Part shown: piece after piece, positions 11,753-23,182 of the stretch
Position numbering within the stretch: position 1 is the first letter of the stretch
Layout of the letters: each line of letters opens with the position of its first letter
From: an uncultured Gammaproteobacteria bacterium
Lineage (GTDB): Bacteria > Pseudomonadota > Gammaproteobacteria > UBA9214
Direction: 5' to 3'
DNA length: 64,000 bases
NCBI GenBank assembly: GCA_963773065.1
Contig: CAVYZN010000002.1
Location: forward strand, 1 to 64,000
Notes under the pieces: generated by a model
The model's database searches: none
The model's input: the letters and a program-made list of their open reading frames with translations, nothing else
What the model was told of the DNA's origin: nothing
Program-made: the position numbers and the translations under genes

Positions 11753-12482
11753 TCATAAGTCCTGGGCGAGACGGAAGCCGATGCTCTCGAAGCGGGCCTC
11801 GGTCGTACCCCCGAGGCTGTCCGTCGAGTGCACGAGCGCCGCTGGGGTAAACCAGGAACCGCCACGCATCGCGCGCTGGCTGCAATCGCCTTCCCAACAG
11901 TCTGAGGTCCACTCCCACACGTTGCCGCTCATGTCGTAGAGACCTTTCGAGTTTGGCTGCTTCTGGCCGACCGGGTGGGTCTGGTTGCCGCTGTTACCGT
12001 CGTACCACGCGACGGCGTCGATGTCGCTGCCGCCGCAATACTTGGACTGCATCCCGCAGGCACGTTCCCATTCGGCCTCCGTCGGCAGCCGGTAGCGCTT
12101 GCCGGTCTGTTGCGACAACCACGTGGCGTACGCCACCACCTCGTCCCAGGAGACGTTGATCACCGGCCGCTGACCACGGCCCCAACCGCTGTCATCGGGC
12201 AGGGTCTTGCCGGTCGCCCGCGCGAAGCGGTCGTATTGCTCGAAGGTCACCTCGTACTTGCCCATCGCGAAGGAACCGAACGAGACCATCTCCGGTTCGA
12301 GGGATTCGAGAGACTTGCCAATGGCCTGTTGCGCCTCAGCCGTGTGTTTTGCCTCGGCGGTCTCCTTATCAAACTGTGCATCGGGGATGCCACCTTCGCG
12401 CCTGGATCAGTTGATTGATATCCGCTTCAGCCTGCACAAAGATCGGCAGCATCAGAACCATCAATAACACTATGCGAGGCAT
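11753..12482 (-). CDS. Secreted formylglycine-generating-enzyme (SUMF1/FGE-sulfatase) domain protein, frameshifted after the signal peptide
   Basis: Signal MPRIVLLMVLMLPIFVQA at 12482; MGKYEVT, PVINVSW, RLPTEAEWE, GLYDMSGNVWEW, RGGSW, IGFRLA. Confidence 0.85.
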
Positions 12483-12709
12483 CTTTTTCCCTCGTGCTCA
12501 AACGGCTGCGCTAATGCGACGTCGCCTTCTTGTAGGCCTCGTAGGCCGCCCTGGCTCCTGTTGCTGCAACATAGCTTCTTCTGCCTGTTGCTGTCTTGTT
12601 GCCGGTTCCCGTTTATAGGCTTCGTAGGAAGTATGCAGGCGCTGCTCGTTGGTTTGTTGCCCCTGCGCCAGGCGTTGCGACAAACGTATAGGAAGTATAG
12701 ACCAACTTT

Positions 12710-12944
12710 TCCTCACATCGCGTAACCAATCCGTCGGTCATCAGCGTCACCTACGGCCGTCGATCTGCCCCTCAACATGATTTCCGCCTGAATCCCCGTC
12801 GCACGTCGGTGAGCTTTTCGGACTTGTTCTGACCCTCAGGCCGACCGCCTCCCTGCCGCGTCGTTTCGTCGGCTCGCACCTTTGTGCTCGGGCTTCCTTC
12901 AGACATCTCCAATGAGGGTTTGCCCCTTTAATCCGGAAACCTCC
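12710..12944 (-). mobile_element. Possible group II intron RNA fragment (domain I region)
   Basis: Minus strand ...GTCTGAAGGAAGCCCGAGCACAAAGGTGCGAGCCGACGAA... resembles domain I of bacterial group II introns as recalled; no RT ORF or domain V seen. Confidence 0.45.
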
Positions 12945-12945
12945 C

Positions 12946-13195
12946 AGCCCCATCGCGTAGTCCCGCTCAGTCAACAGGCCGCTTCTGTGCGCGCTGGAAA
13001 AAATTATGTAGGCGATCTCATCGAAGGGCGCCAACAGGAGGCCGGCCAGAACAGCGGTGCGAACCCCCAGGCGAAAACCCAGAGCCAGGGCAATGACAAC
13101 CGCAATTTTTATCACCAACAGTGTTGGCATATAGTGCAGTAATGGGCCGCCAATCTCGATGACTTCCCTGAGATTGATCGACATCCCGATAGCGA
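12946..13195 (-). pseudogene. Internal fragment of a second Kef-type antiporter gene
   Basis: IGMSINLREVIEIGGPLL...LLLAPFDEIAYIIFSSAHRSGLLTERDYAMGL closely parallels 20241-20490 of the intact kef gene. Confidence 0.9.
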
Positions 13196-13251
13196 ATTGC
13201 GAGGACGTGGATCTTCGTAGCAGTGTCTAGCCACGCCATTGAAAGCGAGTG
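13194..13251 (+). repeat. Diverged direct copy of the 3' end and downstream flank of ORF 18769..19212
   Basis: GAATTGCGAGGACGTGGATCTTCGTAGCAGTGTCT... versus 19186 GAATTGCGGGGGCGTGGATCTTCGTAGCAGTGTCT... Confidence 0.85.
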
Positions 13252-13512
13252 AGTATTGTCGTTATCGACACCACCAATCCCATCACAGACGAAACGCCCG
13301 TCAACGGGATTCTGAAATCCTATACCGGTTCGAACGATTCGCTCATGGAGCACATGCAGCGGCAGGCGCCTCAAACGCGCCGCCACGATCACGGACGACG
13401 GCACCGAAGCGGCGAATACCGCGATCCTGGCGTCAACAGATATGCAGAAGCTAACAGCAGCGCATCTCACTTCGACTCTACCCGGATTATGCTGACACTC
13501 ATTTATGGTCCG

Positions 13513-15100
13513 TCATGGCTGTGACAAAATCGATCCAGTCGCGAAGGCGAGACCCGCGGCAGCGGTAAAGACATTAGCCTGCGCGGTCTCCTTTTCGGAT
13601 TGCGCCTGGCTCAAAGCGGTCTCGGCATTGACCACATCCGTGTAAGTGCCGACACCATTGCGGTACGCATCAAGTGCGGCGTCATAAGCCGTTTGCGCAG
13701 CCTCGGTGAGCGCCAGCGCCGCCGCATATTCCGCGAAGCCCGTTCTGAGAGCGTCATAAGCGTCCGTCACCTGCCGCACGGCGGTATCTCGGGCCTGATC
13801 CAATGAGTCCTGGGCGGCCGCGATTTGCGAGCGCGCCGTTGCGACGTGGGCGGCGCGCTCGCCGCCATCGATCAACGGCAAGTTCAATTTCAAGAGGACG
13901 TTGCCCCCCGGTTTGTTAACCGAATAATACTGACTTCCCTCTGTGCTCAGGCCACCGATATTTTGGTAGACTTCCGCCTCCAGGCTGATCGTCGGATAGT
14001 AGCCTGCCTTGGCGCTGCTCAGCGTCGCCTCGGCGGCCCGGATCTTACCCAAGGCCGCGATGATATCTGGCCGGTTGGCCAAGGCATCTCGGACGTACTG
14101 ATCGACGTCTCCCGAAGGTGCGGCGGGCAGCGTGAGATCAGTGCTGTCCGTCGTCTCGACGCGCAGGTCCGGTGCGATACCGATGCTGGCAATCAGCGCC
14201 GCATAGGCAGCGTGCTCGGCCCCCGTTGCTTTTTCCAGATCAAAGCGCGCCTGCGCGGTCTGCCGTCGGGCCTGGGCGAGTTCGACAACCGTGGCGAGCC
14301 CATTCGCCCGCCGCGCCTCGCTGGCATCCTGGACGATCTCCGCCGATTTCAACGCCTGCTGCGCGACACGCAGGCGGCCTCGCGCGGCACCTAGAGCGAA
14401 GTAGTCCCGGCTGACTGCATAGATCAGTTTCTGGTGGGCGCCCGTGAACGCGACGTTGGCGACAAAGGCATTGGCCCGCGCCGCCTGCGTGGCGCCGGCA
14501 CGCCGCCCGAAATCGAAGAGCAACCATTTCGCCGTGAGCGCGGGTATCAGCTCGCGCGTGTCGCTGGTGAAATACCCCCGTGAAATGAGGTTCGTCGGTA
14601 TCGGCAGCGGCGTACGCTGAAATCCGCCGATGATCTCAGCGGAGATCTGGGGGACATAGCTGGCCTCGGTCAGACCGACCGCGAGCGCCGCCTGGCGTGC
14701 CCTTTCCCAGGCCTCGCGGGTTTCCGGGTTGTTGCGCTGCGCGAGATCGATCAGGCCGGCAAGGTCGTAGCGTCGAGCGGGATCGATCGCCACGGCGTTT
14801 CCCGGCGCGACATCGCCGGCGTCGATGCGCGACCCGGATGCGTTAGCCATCGCATAGTCCGCGGGTTCGGCGGGAGTGCCGACCGAGGGCAGGGCTAGCG
14901 TGTCTGGACCAGGCTTTTTGCCGGTGACAGCGGTCGGACGCGACGGCGCGGCGGAAGATGGCGGAATGATCCAGGGACGATCCGGCGTGCTCGGCGCGAG
15001 CGCCAACTCATCGGTCGCGCAGCCTGTGAGTGTCAGAGTGCCAAAACATAATCTTTCGCCAGCGTTCCATGCTACGACTACGCCCTGATCGCAACGGCAT
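13513..15100 (-). CDS. TolC-family outer-membrane efflux lipoprotein (MdtP-like); start uncertain because of a frameshift in the signal region
   Basis: Lipobox LTGC upstream of ALAPSTPDRPW; LIDLAQRNNPETREAWERARQAA, WLLFDFG, AYRNGVGTY; last gene of ytcA-mdtN-mdtO cluster. Confidence 0.85.
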
Positions 15101-17110
15101 TCGCGATTTCCGATTTGAGGAGCACACGCGATTCGATCGCCGCGCGAAGAGACGCCGGCGCTTCGTCGGGCAGTTCCGCCAACGCGAGGGCAAGACCCGG
15201 GAACTCATCAGGGGGGGCACCGCAACCTCCCCCGTCGACAGCCGATCCGCACACGTGACGAACCACGCCGAAATGGCCTCATCCTGCGGGCGTACGGCTT
15301 TATCACGGTCGGGCGCCGGTTTCTCCTGGGCGGCGACGGCGAAGGTCGCCCCCGCCAGACGGTCCAAGGCATCGAGGGACAATCCCTCGCCCCGTTCCGG
15401 CCATGCGCGCGCCGGAAGCATACTTAACTCGAACGCGGCAATGGCGACAAAACGGCGCGCTTCGCCGAGAGCCCGGGCGACGGTAAGGCGTGGCCCGGTC
15501 CGGGTTCGCGCATCGCCGGTCAGAAGCTGGCCGAGCGTGCGAAGCGCCGCGGCTACCGATGAACGCGCCCGGTCGGCGGCACTCACCGGCCAGAGCACGC
15601 CGAAGACCAGCGACATGAGGAGGTTGCCGAGGAGAATGCCGGCGACGCGGTCCCGCAACACGGTGAGGTCAGCAGCGTATGGAAAATCGGTGAAAGGGGT
15701 GTAGTCGTGGAGTATGCCCAGGAAGAAGGCGAACGCCATCTGCATGCCGGCGTAGGAAAGACGGTCACTGCTAGTCGCCACCCAGGCGCTGACGGCGGAG
15801 ACCGCGAAGATCAGCAGGCAGAGTTGGCCGATATCCTCCATCTCGGGAAGCACGTAAACGATGCACAGCCCCGCGGCGAGCCCGCCGATCAGCGCGCCGG
15901 CGATGCGCAGCGTCAGTTTGTGCATGGTCTCGCCGAGGCTGCCCAAGGCCACGAAGAAGCAGGTCGTCACCGACGTTCTGATGCCCTGCCAATCGACACC
16001 GCTATAGATGATATAGACAGCCATGATGGCGATGGTGGTCTTGAGCGCGAACCGCGCATGCTCGGGATTGCTGAAAGCATCGGGCGCGAACAGGGATTTT
16101 GCCGACGGTGCGGCCGGTCGATCGGTAGCCGTTCGCCGCCGGGCAATGCCGTCGCTCAAGCGGGCCACGGCTTCGGCCATCGCGACGATGACCGGCCTGG
16201 CCTCCGGGGAGAGAGCCCTTAATACAGCGTCGGACGGCCGATGTTGCGTCATCACCGGCGCGTCGTCGCGTTCGAGCGCCGCCGAGCATTGTTCACAGGC
16301 CTCGGCAAGGGGCAGGCGCGCCTCGAGCGGCGTGGCTGCGGGCAGCACGCGATACAGTGTCAGCAGTTCAACGAGCGTCTCGATCAGCATGGTGTCGATA
16401 GCGGTCCGGCTGCGCAAATTCGAATCAAGCATGCCGGCCCGGTGACGCAGTTCGACAAGCCCGATTGCTTCCGCTTGTTGACGCTGCAGCGGGGCAGCGT
16501 CACCGCTCCGCAATGCCGTGGCCAGGTCGCCGAGAAGACGGCGCGCGGTGCGCCGCGCGAGCCTGGCCGTATTCTCGCCGATCAGCAGGTTCACCAGGAT
16601 CGTGAGCGCGATCGGGACGGTCACGACGACCCAAAGCCAGAGCACGAGCCGCGTCAGCGCCTCAAGGCTGGGAATTCCGTCGATGAGGGTTTGCGACAGC
16701 ACCAGGACAAAGCTCGCCAGAAAGGCAACCGGCCCGAGCTTTATCGTGCGCATGAGGAATATGCCGGCGAAGGCGCTTACCGCCATCAGCGGCAGGCGGA
16801 GCGCCGGTTCCGAGGCATCGAGCGTGTAGAAAAGGAGCGAGAGCGCGACAGCGAGCGTTACGGCCAAGACGGCGACCACGCCGGTCAGCAGAGTACCCGC
16901 GGCCTCTTCCTGACTGCACAGGAAAACGATGTAACCCATGTAGGCCGGCAATGGGATCTGATAGAGCATCGCAATGGCAACGACCACGGCGCAGTTGCCG
17001 GCAATGCGTAACACGGCGGCGATGCGGCCGGGCCGCGGCGCCAGCTCTTCGTATAGAAACGACAAGAAGGCGGAGTGCGGTGGCCGAGTCATGTCAGTTG
17101 ACAGCGCCAT
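15078..17110 (-). CDS. mdtO: FUSC-family inner-membrane efflux protein (MdtO-like), frameshift near the C-terminus
   Basis: ELAPRPGR, DAFSNPEHARFALKTT, GETMHKLTLRIAGALIGG, SYAGMQMAFAF, RDRVAGILLGN. Confidence 0.8.
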
Positions 17111-18149
17111 GCCGCACCAATATCGAAACCGTGGCGCCAAGCCGCATGGCCGCCTCGGGTGGGGCATCCAGCCGGACCCGGACAGGAAAGCGCTGGGCCA
17201 CCACGACCCAGCTCAGGGTCCGCCCGACGGCGGGCAGCGCGGGACCGCCGCCATCCGCTGGCCGGACGCCCCAGCCCAGGCTCTCGACGTGACCGCTAAT
17301 CGGGCGATTATTATCCGACATCATCCAGACGGTCGCCGGATCACCGATGGCGATCTGCGGGAGTTCGGTCTCGCGGAAGTTCCCGACAGCGTACCATTCA
17401 GCTTTGATTAGGGTGAAAAGCGGGTGGCCGGCCGAGGCATAGGCGCCTTCGGCGATATCGAGCCCGACCACCAAGCCATCGAAGGGGGCGCGAATCGTCG
17501 CGTTGCGGAGGTCTCGTTCGGCAAGGGCGACGGCGGCCTGCGCGCCGGTCAGTTGCGCAACTAGGCTTTCCGTATCGCCTACGGCCTGACGGGCCTGCTG
17601 GGCTTGCTGGATCGCCGCCGTCAGGGCGGCTTGGGCAGTCCTCTCGTTGGTCCTTGCTTCGTCGAGTTTCTGGGTTGTGACGTAGCCCTTGCCCAGCAGC
17701 GGCGTGAGACGCTCGACCGTGTCATGCGCCAACGCAAGTTGCGAGCGTGCGCGGTCGACCTGTGTCGCGGCGGCATCGGCGCCGGAGGATTGCGCCGCCA
17801 CTTGCCGCGTCGTTAGCGCAATTTGTGCCTCCAGGGAGGCCACCTGGGCGCGCGCCTGGTGGAGCCGCAGCTCGAAAGGCTCGGAGTCAATCTCGACCAA
17901 CGGTTCGCCTTGGGAGACACGTTGATTATCGCGAACATGCAATTTTACGATTCGGCCGCTAACATCTGGCGCCAATCCGGCAGTGTCGGCATAGAGAAAA
18001 GCGTCATGCGTCCTTGGCCGCTGATCGAGGCGGTAAATCGTATAACCGCCCAGCCCGACTGCGGCAGCGATGGCAGCAAATGCGACCAAGCGCCCCAACC
18101 AGACGCGGACACGGTGCAGCGCCGTAGTATTGATTTTTAGTCCAGCCAT
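17094..18149 (-). CDS. mdtN: HlyD-family membrane fusion protein MdtN
   Basis: PRTHDAF, APDVSGRIV, IRAPFDG, GNFRETEL, WVVVAQRFPVRVRL. Confidence 0.85.
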   Translation of the reverse strand: MAGLKINTTALHRVRVWLGRLVAFAAIAAAVGLGGYTIYRLDQRPRTHDAFLYADTAGLAPDVSGRIVKLHVRDNQRVSQGEPLVEIDSEPFELRLHQARAQVASLEAQIALTTRQVAAQSSGADAAATQVDRARSQLALAHDTVERLTPLLGKGYVTTQKLDEARTNERTAQAALTAAIQQAQQARQAVGDTESLVAQLTGAQAAVALAERDLRNATIRAPFDGLVVGLDIAEGAYASAGHPLFTLIKAEWYAVGNFRETELPQIAIGDPATVWMMSDNNRPISGHVESLGWGVRPADGGGPALPAVGRTLSWVVVAQRFPVRVRLDAPPEAAMRLGATVSILVRHGAVN

Positions 18150-18430
18150 ACGAGCCACGATGCGAAGGAGAACGCGACCGTAAGCGCCAGGTAAACGACG
18201 AGGGGCGCGGGCAAGGTCTTGTCGATGCCGGTCGAGACAAGAAGCTGGCGGACGACAACGGTCGCTCCTAATCCCGCCAGCGCACAAATCATCCAGGAGG
18301 GGAAATAGGATCCGAGAATGTTCTGTGAAGGTGCCGAACTGCACCCCGCCAACCCGGTGAGCGAGGCCGCAGAACCCCACAGCGCGCGACCAGATCGTCG
18401 TCGCATTCTTTTGATCGTTGCATCGGACAA
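18137..18430 (-). CDS. ytcA: YtcA-family lipoprotein
   Basis: LAGCSSAPSQNILGSYFPSWMICAL; position directly upstream of mdtN. Confidence 0.85.
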   Translation of the reverse strand: MSDATIKRMRRRSGRALWGSAASLTGLAGCSSAPSQNILGSYFPSWMICALAGLGATVVVRQLLVSTGIDKTLPAPLVVYLALTVAFSFASWLVWLD

Positions 18431-18768
18431 TGCCCTTCCTCCTTCAATAATAAGGCACGTGTGTTAAGACGAGTCCGCTAGTCGCGGATTGTACTTGCAA
18501 CGACTCGCCTAGATCTATTGTGGTCTGGAAAAGAACCATTGCCCACAACAAAACGTCATCGACCTAAATTCTACCATCGCGATATCGACTGCACAGGGCG
18601 GCGTGAAGTGGTATGACGCACGAAAACAGAGTGTGCTTGAAGCTGCGAAAACAAGCCTCGAAAACCTCGTTTTCTCATTGCTTGACGGCGGTTCATCCCA
18701 AGCGCAAAATTCGATCGAAGGGACGATCATTGCCCACTCGAATACCTATACTTTTTATCCGTTGTAAC

Positions 18769-19212
18769 ATGGATCCAGCATACATTCCCGCCTTGGCAGC
18801 GCTGGCCGGATCGGCGATCGGCGGCCTGACGTCCTTAGCGACAACCTGGCTAACCCAGCACACGCAATTCAGAGCACAGCAACTCGCACGCGACACAGCC
18901 GGGCGGGAAGAGTTGTACAAGGACTTTATTGAAGAGGCATCAAAATTATATGTGGATGCCTATGAACATGATAAGGCAGAAATCTCCAAGCTTGTGAATC
19001 TGTACGCTTTGATCAGCCGGATGCGTCTTCGGTCGTCGCCCAGGATCCTCGAAATCGCAGACGAGGTTGCACGCGTGATCATCGAGACCTATCTTGCGCC
19101 TAACAAGACGTTTCGCGACGTAACGGAGATCTTAGATAACGAAAAAATGAATCCCTTGCGAGGATTCAGCAACGCATGCCGCGAAGAATTGCGGGGGCGT
19201 GGATCTTCGTAG
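18769..19212 (+). CDS. Hypothetical protein with N-terminal membrane anchor
   Basis: Intact 147-aa frame MDPAYIPALAALAGSAIGGLTS...; a second copy of its 3' end at 13194 supports a real gene. Confidence 0.7.
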   Translation: MDPAYIPALAALAGSAIGGLTSLATTWLTQHTQFRAQQLARDTAGREELYKDFIEEASKLYVDAYEHDKAEISKLVNLYALISRMRLRSSPRILEIADEVARVIIETYLAPNKTFRDVTEILDNEKMNPLRGFSNACREELRGRGSS

Positions 19213-19429
19213 CAGTGTCTGGTCGCTCCATTGAGAGCGAGTGTCTATAGCCTGTAGAATAGCCTATCACTAAAGTCATTTGACGACTCTGATAGGCTGG
19301 CTGTCAATGAATAACGATCCTAGTAGCGCCGGCCCTGATGCGTACCGTATCGATCTATGATTCGCCGCAAAGAGCCCGGAGCGCAGAGGTAGAAGTACGG
19401 ACATCGACCAAATACTACTGGCTGTTGCG

Positions 19430-21148
19430 GTGATCATCACAGCGACTATTGTCGCTGGCAGCATAGCGAAGAAACTGAGCCTCGGCTCCATCGTGGCGCT
19501 GCTCGTCGTCGGCATGGCACTCGGGCCCTATTCCCCGAGGCCGTTGTTGACCGGTCACGTCGAAGAGTTGCGGACGGTCGGCGAGATCGGTGTGATGTTG
19601 CTGCTGTTTCTCGTCGGGCTCGACACACAACCGGAACGGCTGTCGTCAATGCGCCGCCTTTTCTTCGGTTTAGGCACATCGCAGTATGTTCTCACGACCG
19701 TGGCCATCGCTGCGCTGCTGATTGCAGTCGCGCACCTCCATTGGCAAGGGGCTCTCATTGTCGCCCTCGGTCTTGCGATGAGCTCGGACGCGGTCGCCAT
19801 CTCGAGTCTGGAGGAGCATGCCGAAAGTGCGAGCCCGCGCGGCCGGACAGTCATGGCAGTGGTGATTTATCAGGGCTTCATGATCATACTGGTGCTGGCA
19901 GTGATCCCGCTCCTCGCCTCTCGCTCGGTGCCGGGTGCCCTGGTGCCAACGACCTTCAAGACGCTGGAGGTATGCGCTGCGCTTGCTGCCGTCTACCTCT
20001 TCGCTCGTTACGCGCTGCCAAAGGCCCTAACCTTTGCGGCACGGAAACAGGGCATAGAAGTGTTCATTCTGACCATCATCGCCGCCATCTTCGCGGCTGC
20101 TTGGGTCATGGACAAGGCTGGCTTGTCGAACGCGTTGGGTGCCTTCCTGGTGGGGATGATCCTCTCCGCGTCCGTGTTCGCCGCCCAGATCAAGGCGTCT
20201 ATCTCGCCGATAAAAGGACTGCTGCTCGGAGTGTTCTTCATCGCCATCGGGATGTCGATCGATCTCAAGGAAGTCGTCGCGCTTGGCAGCCCATTATTGT
20301 ACTACCTGCTGATACTGTTCCTGACAAAGATCGCTGTTGTCATCGCCCTGGGTCTGGGTTTTCGCCTGGGGCTTCGCACATCCGTTTTGGCCGGCCTCCT
20401 GTTGGCGCCCTTTGACGAGATCGCCTACATCATTTTTTCCAGCGCGCACAGTAGCGGCCTGTTGACAGATCGGGCCTACGCGATGGGCCTCATATTGATC
20501 TCATTCTCCTTTGTTGTGTCGCCCGTGCTGATCAATCTCGGATACAAACTGGCCGACCGCTTCCCTACAGGGCCAAAACCCGACCTGCCTCTCAAGGCGC
20601 TGACCGAGTCGATCCATGATTACGTTGTTGTTGTCGGGTACAGTTACGTCGGCCGGGTCATCTGCATGATGCTGGAGCGGGCGAGCATTCCCTACATCGG
20701 TTTCGAGCTCAGGCTCGATCGTCTCGCCAAGGCAGAGGAAGAGAGGCACAAGGTGTACTATGGAGACGTCACCGACCCGGCCACGATGGATGCGCTGGCG
20801 ATCGCCCGCGCCCGCGCCGTGATCGTGACGACGAGAGATTATTCCGCAGTCAAACTGCTCACCGGCACGCTGCGCCAGTTCTACCCGAGCGGCAAAGTCA
20901 TGACGGCCGTGCCTTATCTGTTCCAGCGAGACGAGTTGCGGAAGATGGGAGCAGCGCATGTGGTTGCCCTCACGCCCGAAGGCACGTTGAGCTTCGGGAG
21001 GTCGGTCCTGGGCGGGCTTGGCGTCAGACCCGATGATACCGAAACCATCATTAGCTCGCTGAGAGCCGATGATTATTCGACAATCCGTAGCGTTGGGGGC
21101 ACCATTCGTGAGGATGTGCGGAACGATGCTGCAGCCGAGAAAGGGTAA
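19430..21148 (+). CDS. Kef-type K+/H+ antiporter (CPA2 family) with C-terminal KTN/TrkA_N domain
   Basis: GEIGVMLLLFLVGL, LAMSS, LGAFLVGMIL, KGLLLGVFFIAIGMSID, VVVVGYSYVG, VYYGDVT. Confidence 0.9.
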   Translation: MIITATIVAGSIAKKLSLGSIVALLVVGMALGPYSPRPLLTGHVEELRTVGEIGVMLLLFLVGLDTQPERLSSMRRLFFGLGTSQYVLTTVAIAALLIAVAHLHWQGALIVALGLAMSSDAVAISSLEEHAESASPRGRTVMAVVIYQGFMIILVLAVIPLLASRSVPGALVPTTFKTLEVCAALAAVYLFARYALPKALTFAARKQGIEVFILTIIAAIFAAAWVMDKAGLSNALGAFLVGMILSASVFAAQIKASISPIKGLLLGVFFIAIGMSIDLKEVVALGSPLLYYLLILFLTKIAVVIALGLGFRLGLRTSVLAGLLLAPFDEIAYIIFSSAHSSGLLTDRAYAMGLILISFSFVVSPVLINLGYKLADRFPTGPKPDLPLKALTESIHDYVVVVGYSYVGRVICMMLERASIPYIGFELRLDRLAKAEEERHKVYYGDVTDPATMDALAIARARAVIVTTRDYSAVKLLTGTLRQFYPSGKVMTAVPYLFQRDELRKMGAAHVVALTPEGTLSFGRSVLGGLGVRPDDTETIISSLRADDYSTIRSVGGTIREDVRNDAAAEKG

Positions 21149-21160
21149 GGCATCCAACCT

Positions 21161-22859
21161 ATGAGACGACAGATTTTTCAGGGAATCCTGCCCGTCAAGC
21201 CATCTCAGATCCCGACAGACATCATCGCCGGCATCACGCTCGCCACCCTGTCCATCCCCGAGGTGATGGGCTACACGAAGATCGCGGGTACACCGGTGAT
21301 CACCGGCCTTTACACCATCCTCATCCCCATGACCCTTTTCGCGCTCTTCGGATCATCCCGGCACCTGGTGGTGGGCGCCGACTCGGCGACGGCAGCCATT
21401 CTCGCTGGTGCACTTACCGGGGTGGCTACATCCGGGTCGGCTGAGTGGCTGGCGTTGGCGGGTGTCCTCGCACTATTGCCGGCGGGGTTCCTGATCATCG
21501 CAGGTATCCTTCGCCTGGGGTTCCTGGCGGACTTCCTTTCGCGTACGGTCTTAATCGGCTTCCTGACCGGAGTTGGAATCCAGGTCGCTGCTGGTGAGAT
21601 TTCCGGTATGCTCGGGCTCCCCGGAGGAGGGCATGACACAATCGAGCAAGATCATGGACGACCTGCAGCACATCGAACAAACGAATCTCTACGCCTTAGC
21701 GATATCCTTCGCCGCACTCGTGGTCATCGTCGGCTCGAGGAAGGTATCGAAAAAGATTCCTGGCGCTCTGATCGCTGTCATTGGCGCTATGGTAGCGAGC
21801 TCGGTATTCAAACTGGCAGACCACGGCGTGCAGTTGCTTGGCGCGGTTCCGAGCGGCCTGCCAAAGATCGGCCTGCCTGACGTCCGCATGGACAAGAGTC
21901 TCATCCTGGAGCTGCTTCCCACCGGCTTCGCAATGTTTGTAGTGATCGCAGCACAGAGCGCGGCGACTTCGAGGGCTTATGCAGCCCGCTACAACGAGCG
22001 CTTGAGCCAGGACCTAGATTTGTTCGGCCTCGGCTTGGCCAACGTCGGCGCCGCTTTATCAGGCACTTTTGTGGTGAACGGAAGCCCGACCAAGACGCAG
22101 ATGGTCGACAGCGCCGGCGGTCACAGCCAGTTATCGCAGCTCACAACGAGCCTTATCGTCCTCATGGCGTTGCTGTTCTTGACGGGTCCGCTGGCTTACA
22201 TGCCGGGCGCTGTCCTGTCCGCAGTGGTCTTCCTGATCGGCTTGGAATTGATTGATATCAAAGGATTGCGAAAGATCCAGGTCCAGAGTCCGACGGAATT
22301 CTGGGTGGCGCTGACCACGGCGTGTATGGTGATCGCCGTGGGAGTCGAGCAGGGTATACTCCTTGCCATGGCGCTGTCGCTTGCGGACCACGTGCGGCGG
22401 AGTCACCGGCCGAAGAACGTCGTGGTCGGAGCCGACAAGACGGGCGCCTGGAGAACGGTGCCCCTGACCGCTCCCGAACAGATCCGGCCCGGTCTGATGG
22501 TATACCGTTTCACCCACAGTATGTATTACGCCAACGCGGATCAGCTTTTGCAGGAAGTTGTGGATCTCGCCGATGGGGCTCAACCCTCTCTGTCATGGTT
22601 TTGTATCGAAGCATCCGCAGTGGCTGATGTGGACTTCACCGCCGCAGCGACCCTGCGCTCGATCCACGGTGTCTTGAAGGAGAAGGGGATCCGACTTGTG
22701 CTCGCCGATGTCTTCGACGACACGGTCCGTGCCGAACTGGACCGATTCGAACTCACCGACCTGATCGGGAAAAACGCCATCTACCCAATTCTCCGGGAGG
22801 TGGTGGACGCATACGACCGCCAGGCAACTGCTAGCAAGGGTGACCCCCCACCGCGCTAA
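21161..22859 (+). CDS. SulP-family anion transporter with STAS domain, frameshift near 21640
   Basis: DIIAGITLA, IPEVMGY, FGSSRHLVVG, VNGSPTKT, YYANAD, DVDFTAA. Confidence 0.9.
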
Positions 22860-23182
22860 CCACTGTGGTATCCGACACTGCGGGCATGGGTACAGGGGCA
22901 GCGGGCGACAAGCGAAGCGCAAGATTCTTCAATAGTGCGCAAGTTTCTTCAAAAACCCATGCCCAAAACGGAGGTAAATTGAGCTCGCGTTCACGAGTGA
23001 GCGTGACGGAATCGCCCGCATGAGGAGCCAACCATGAGTGCTAACTATCAGACCGAGGAAGCCGATCGCATACCCCGCTCGACGTTTGACCGAGAACACC
23101 GGGCTCCCGACCATGGCCATGACAGATATCGCGCGGGAACGCGCACGCAACACCCCAGAACCCGCCTCTACATAGCCTAACC

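Noticed and set aside
13249-13524. 91-aa ORF, and the open frame at about 18520-18765
   Set aside because: No recognisable motif or RBS; may be gene debris, but a product cannot be supported.
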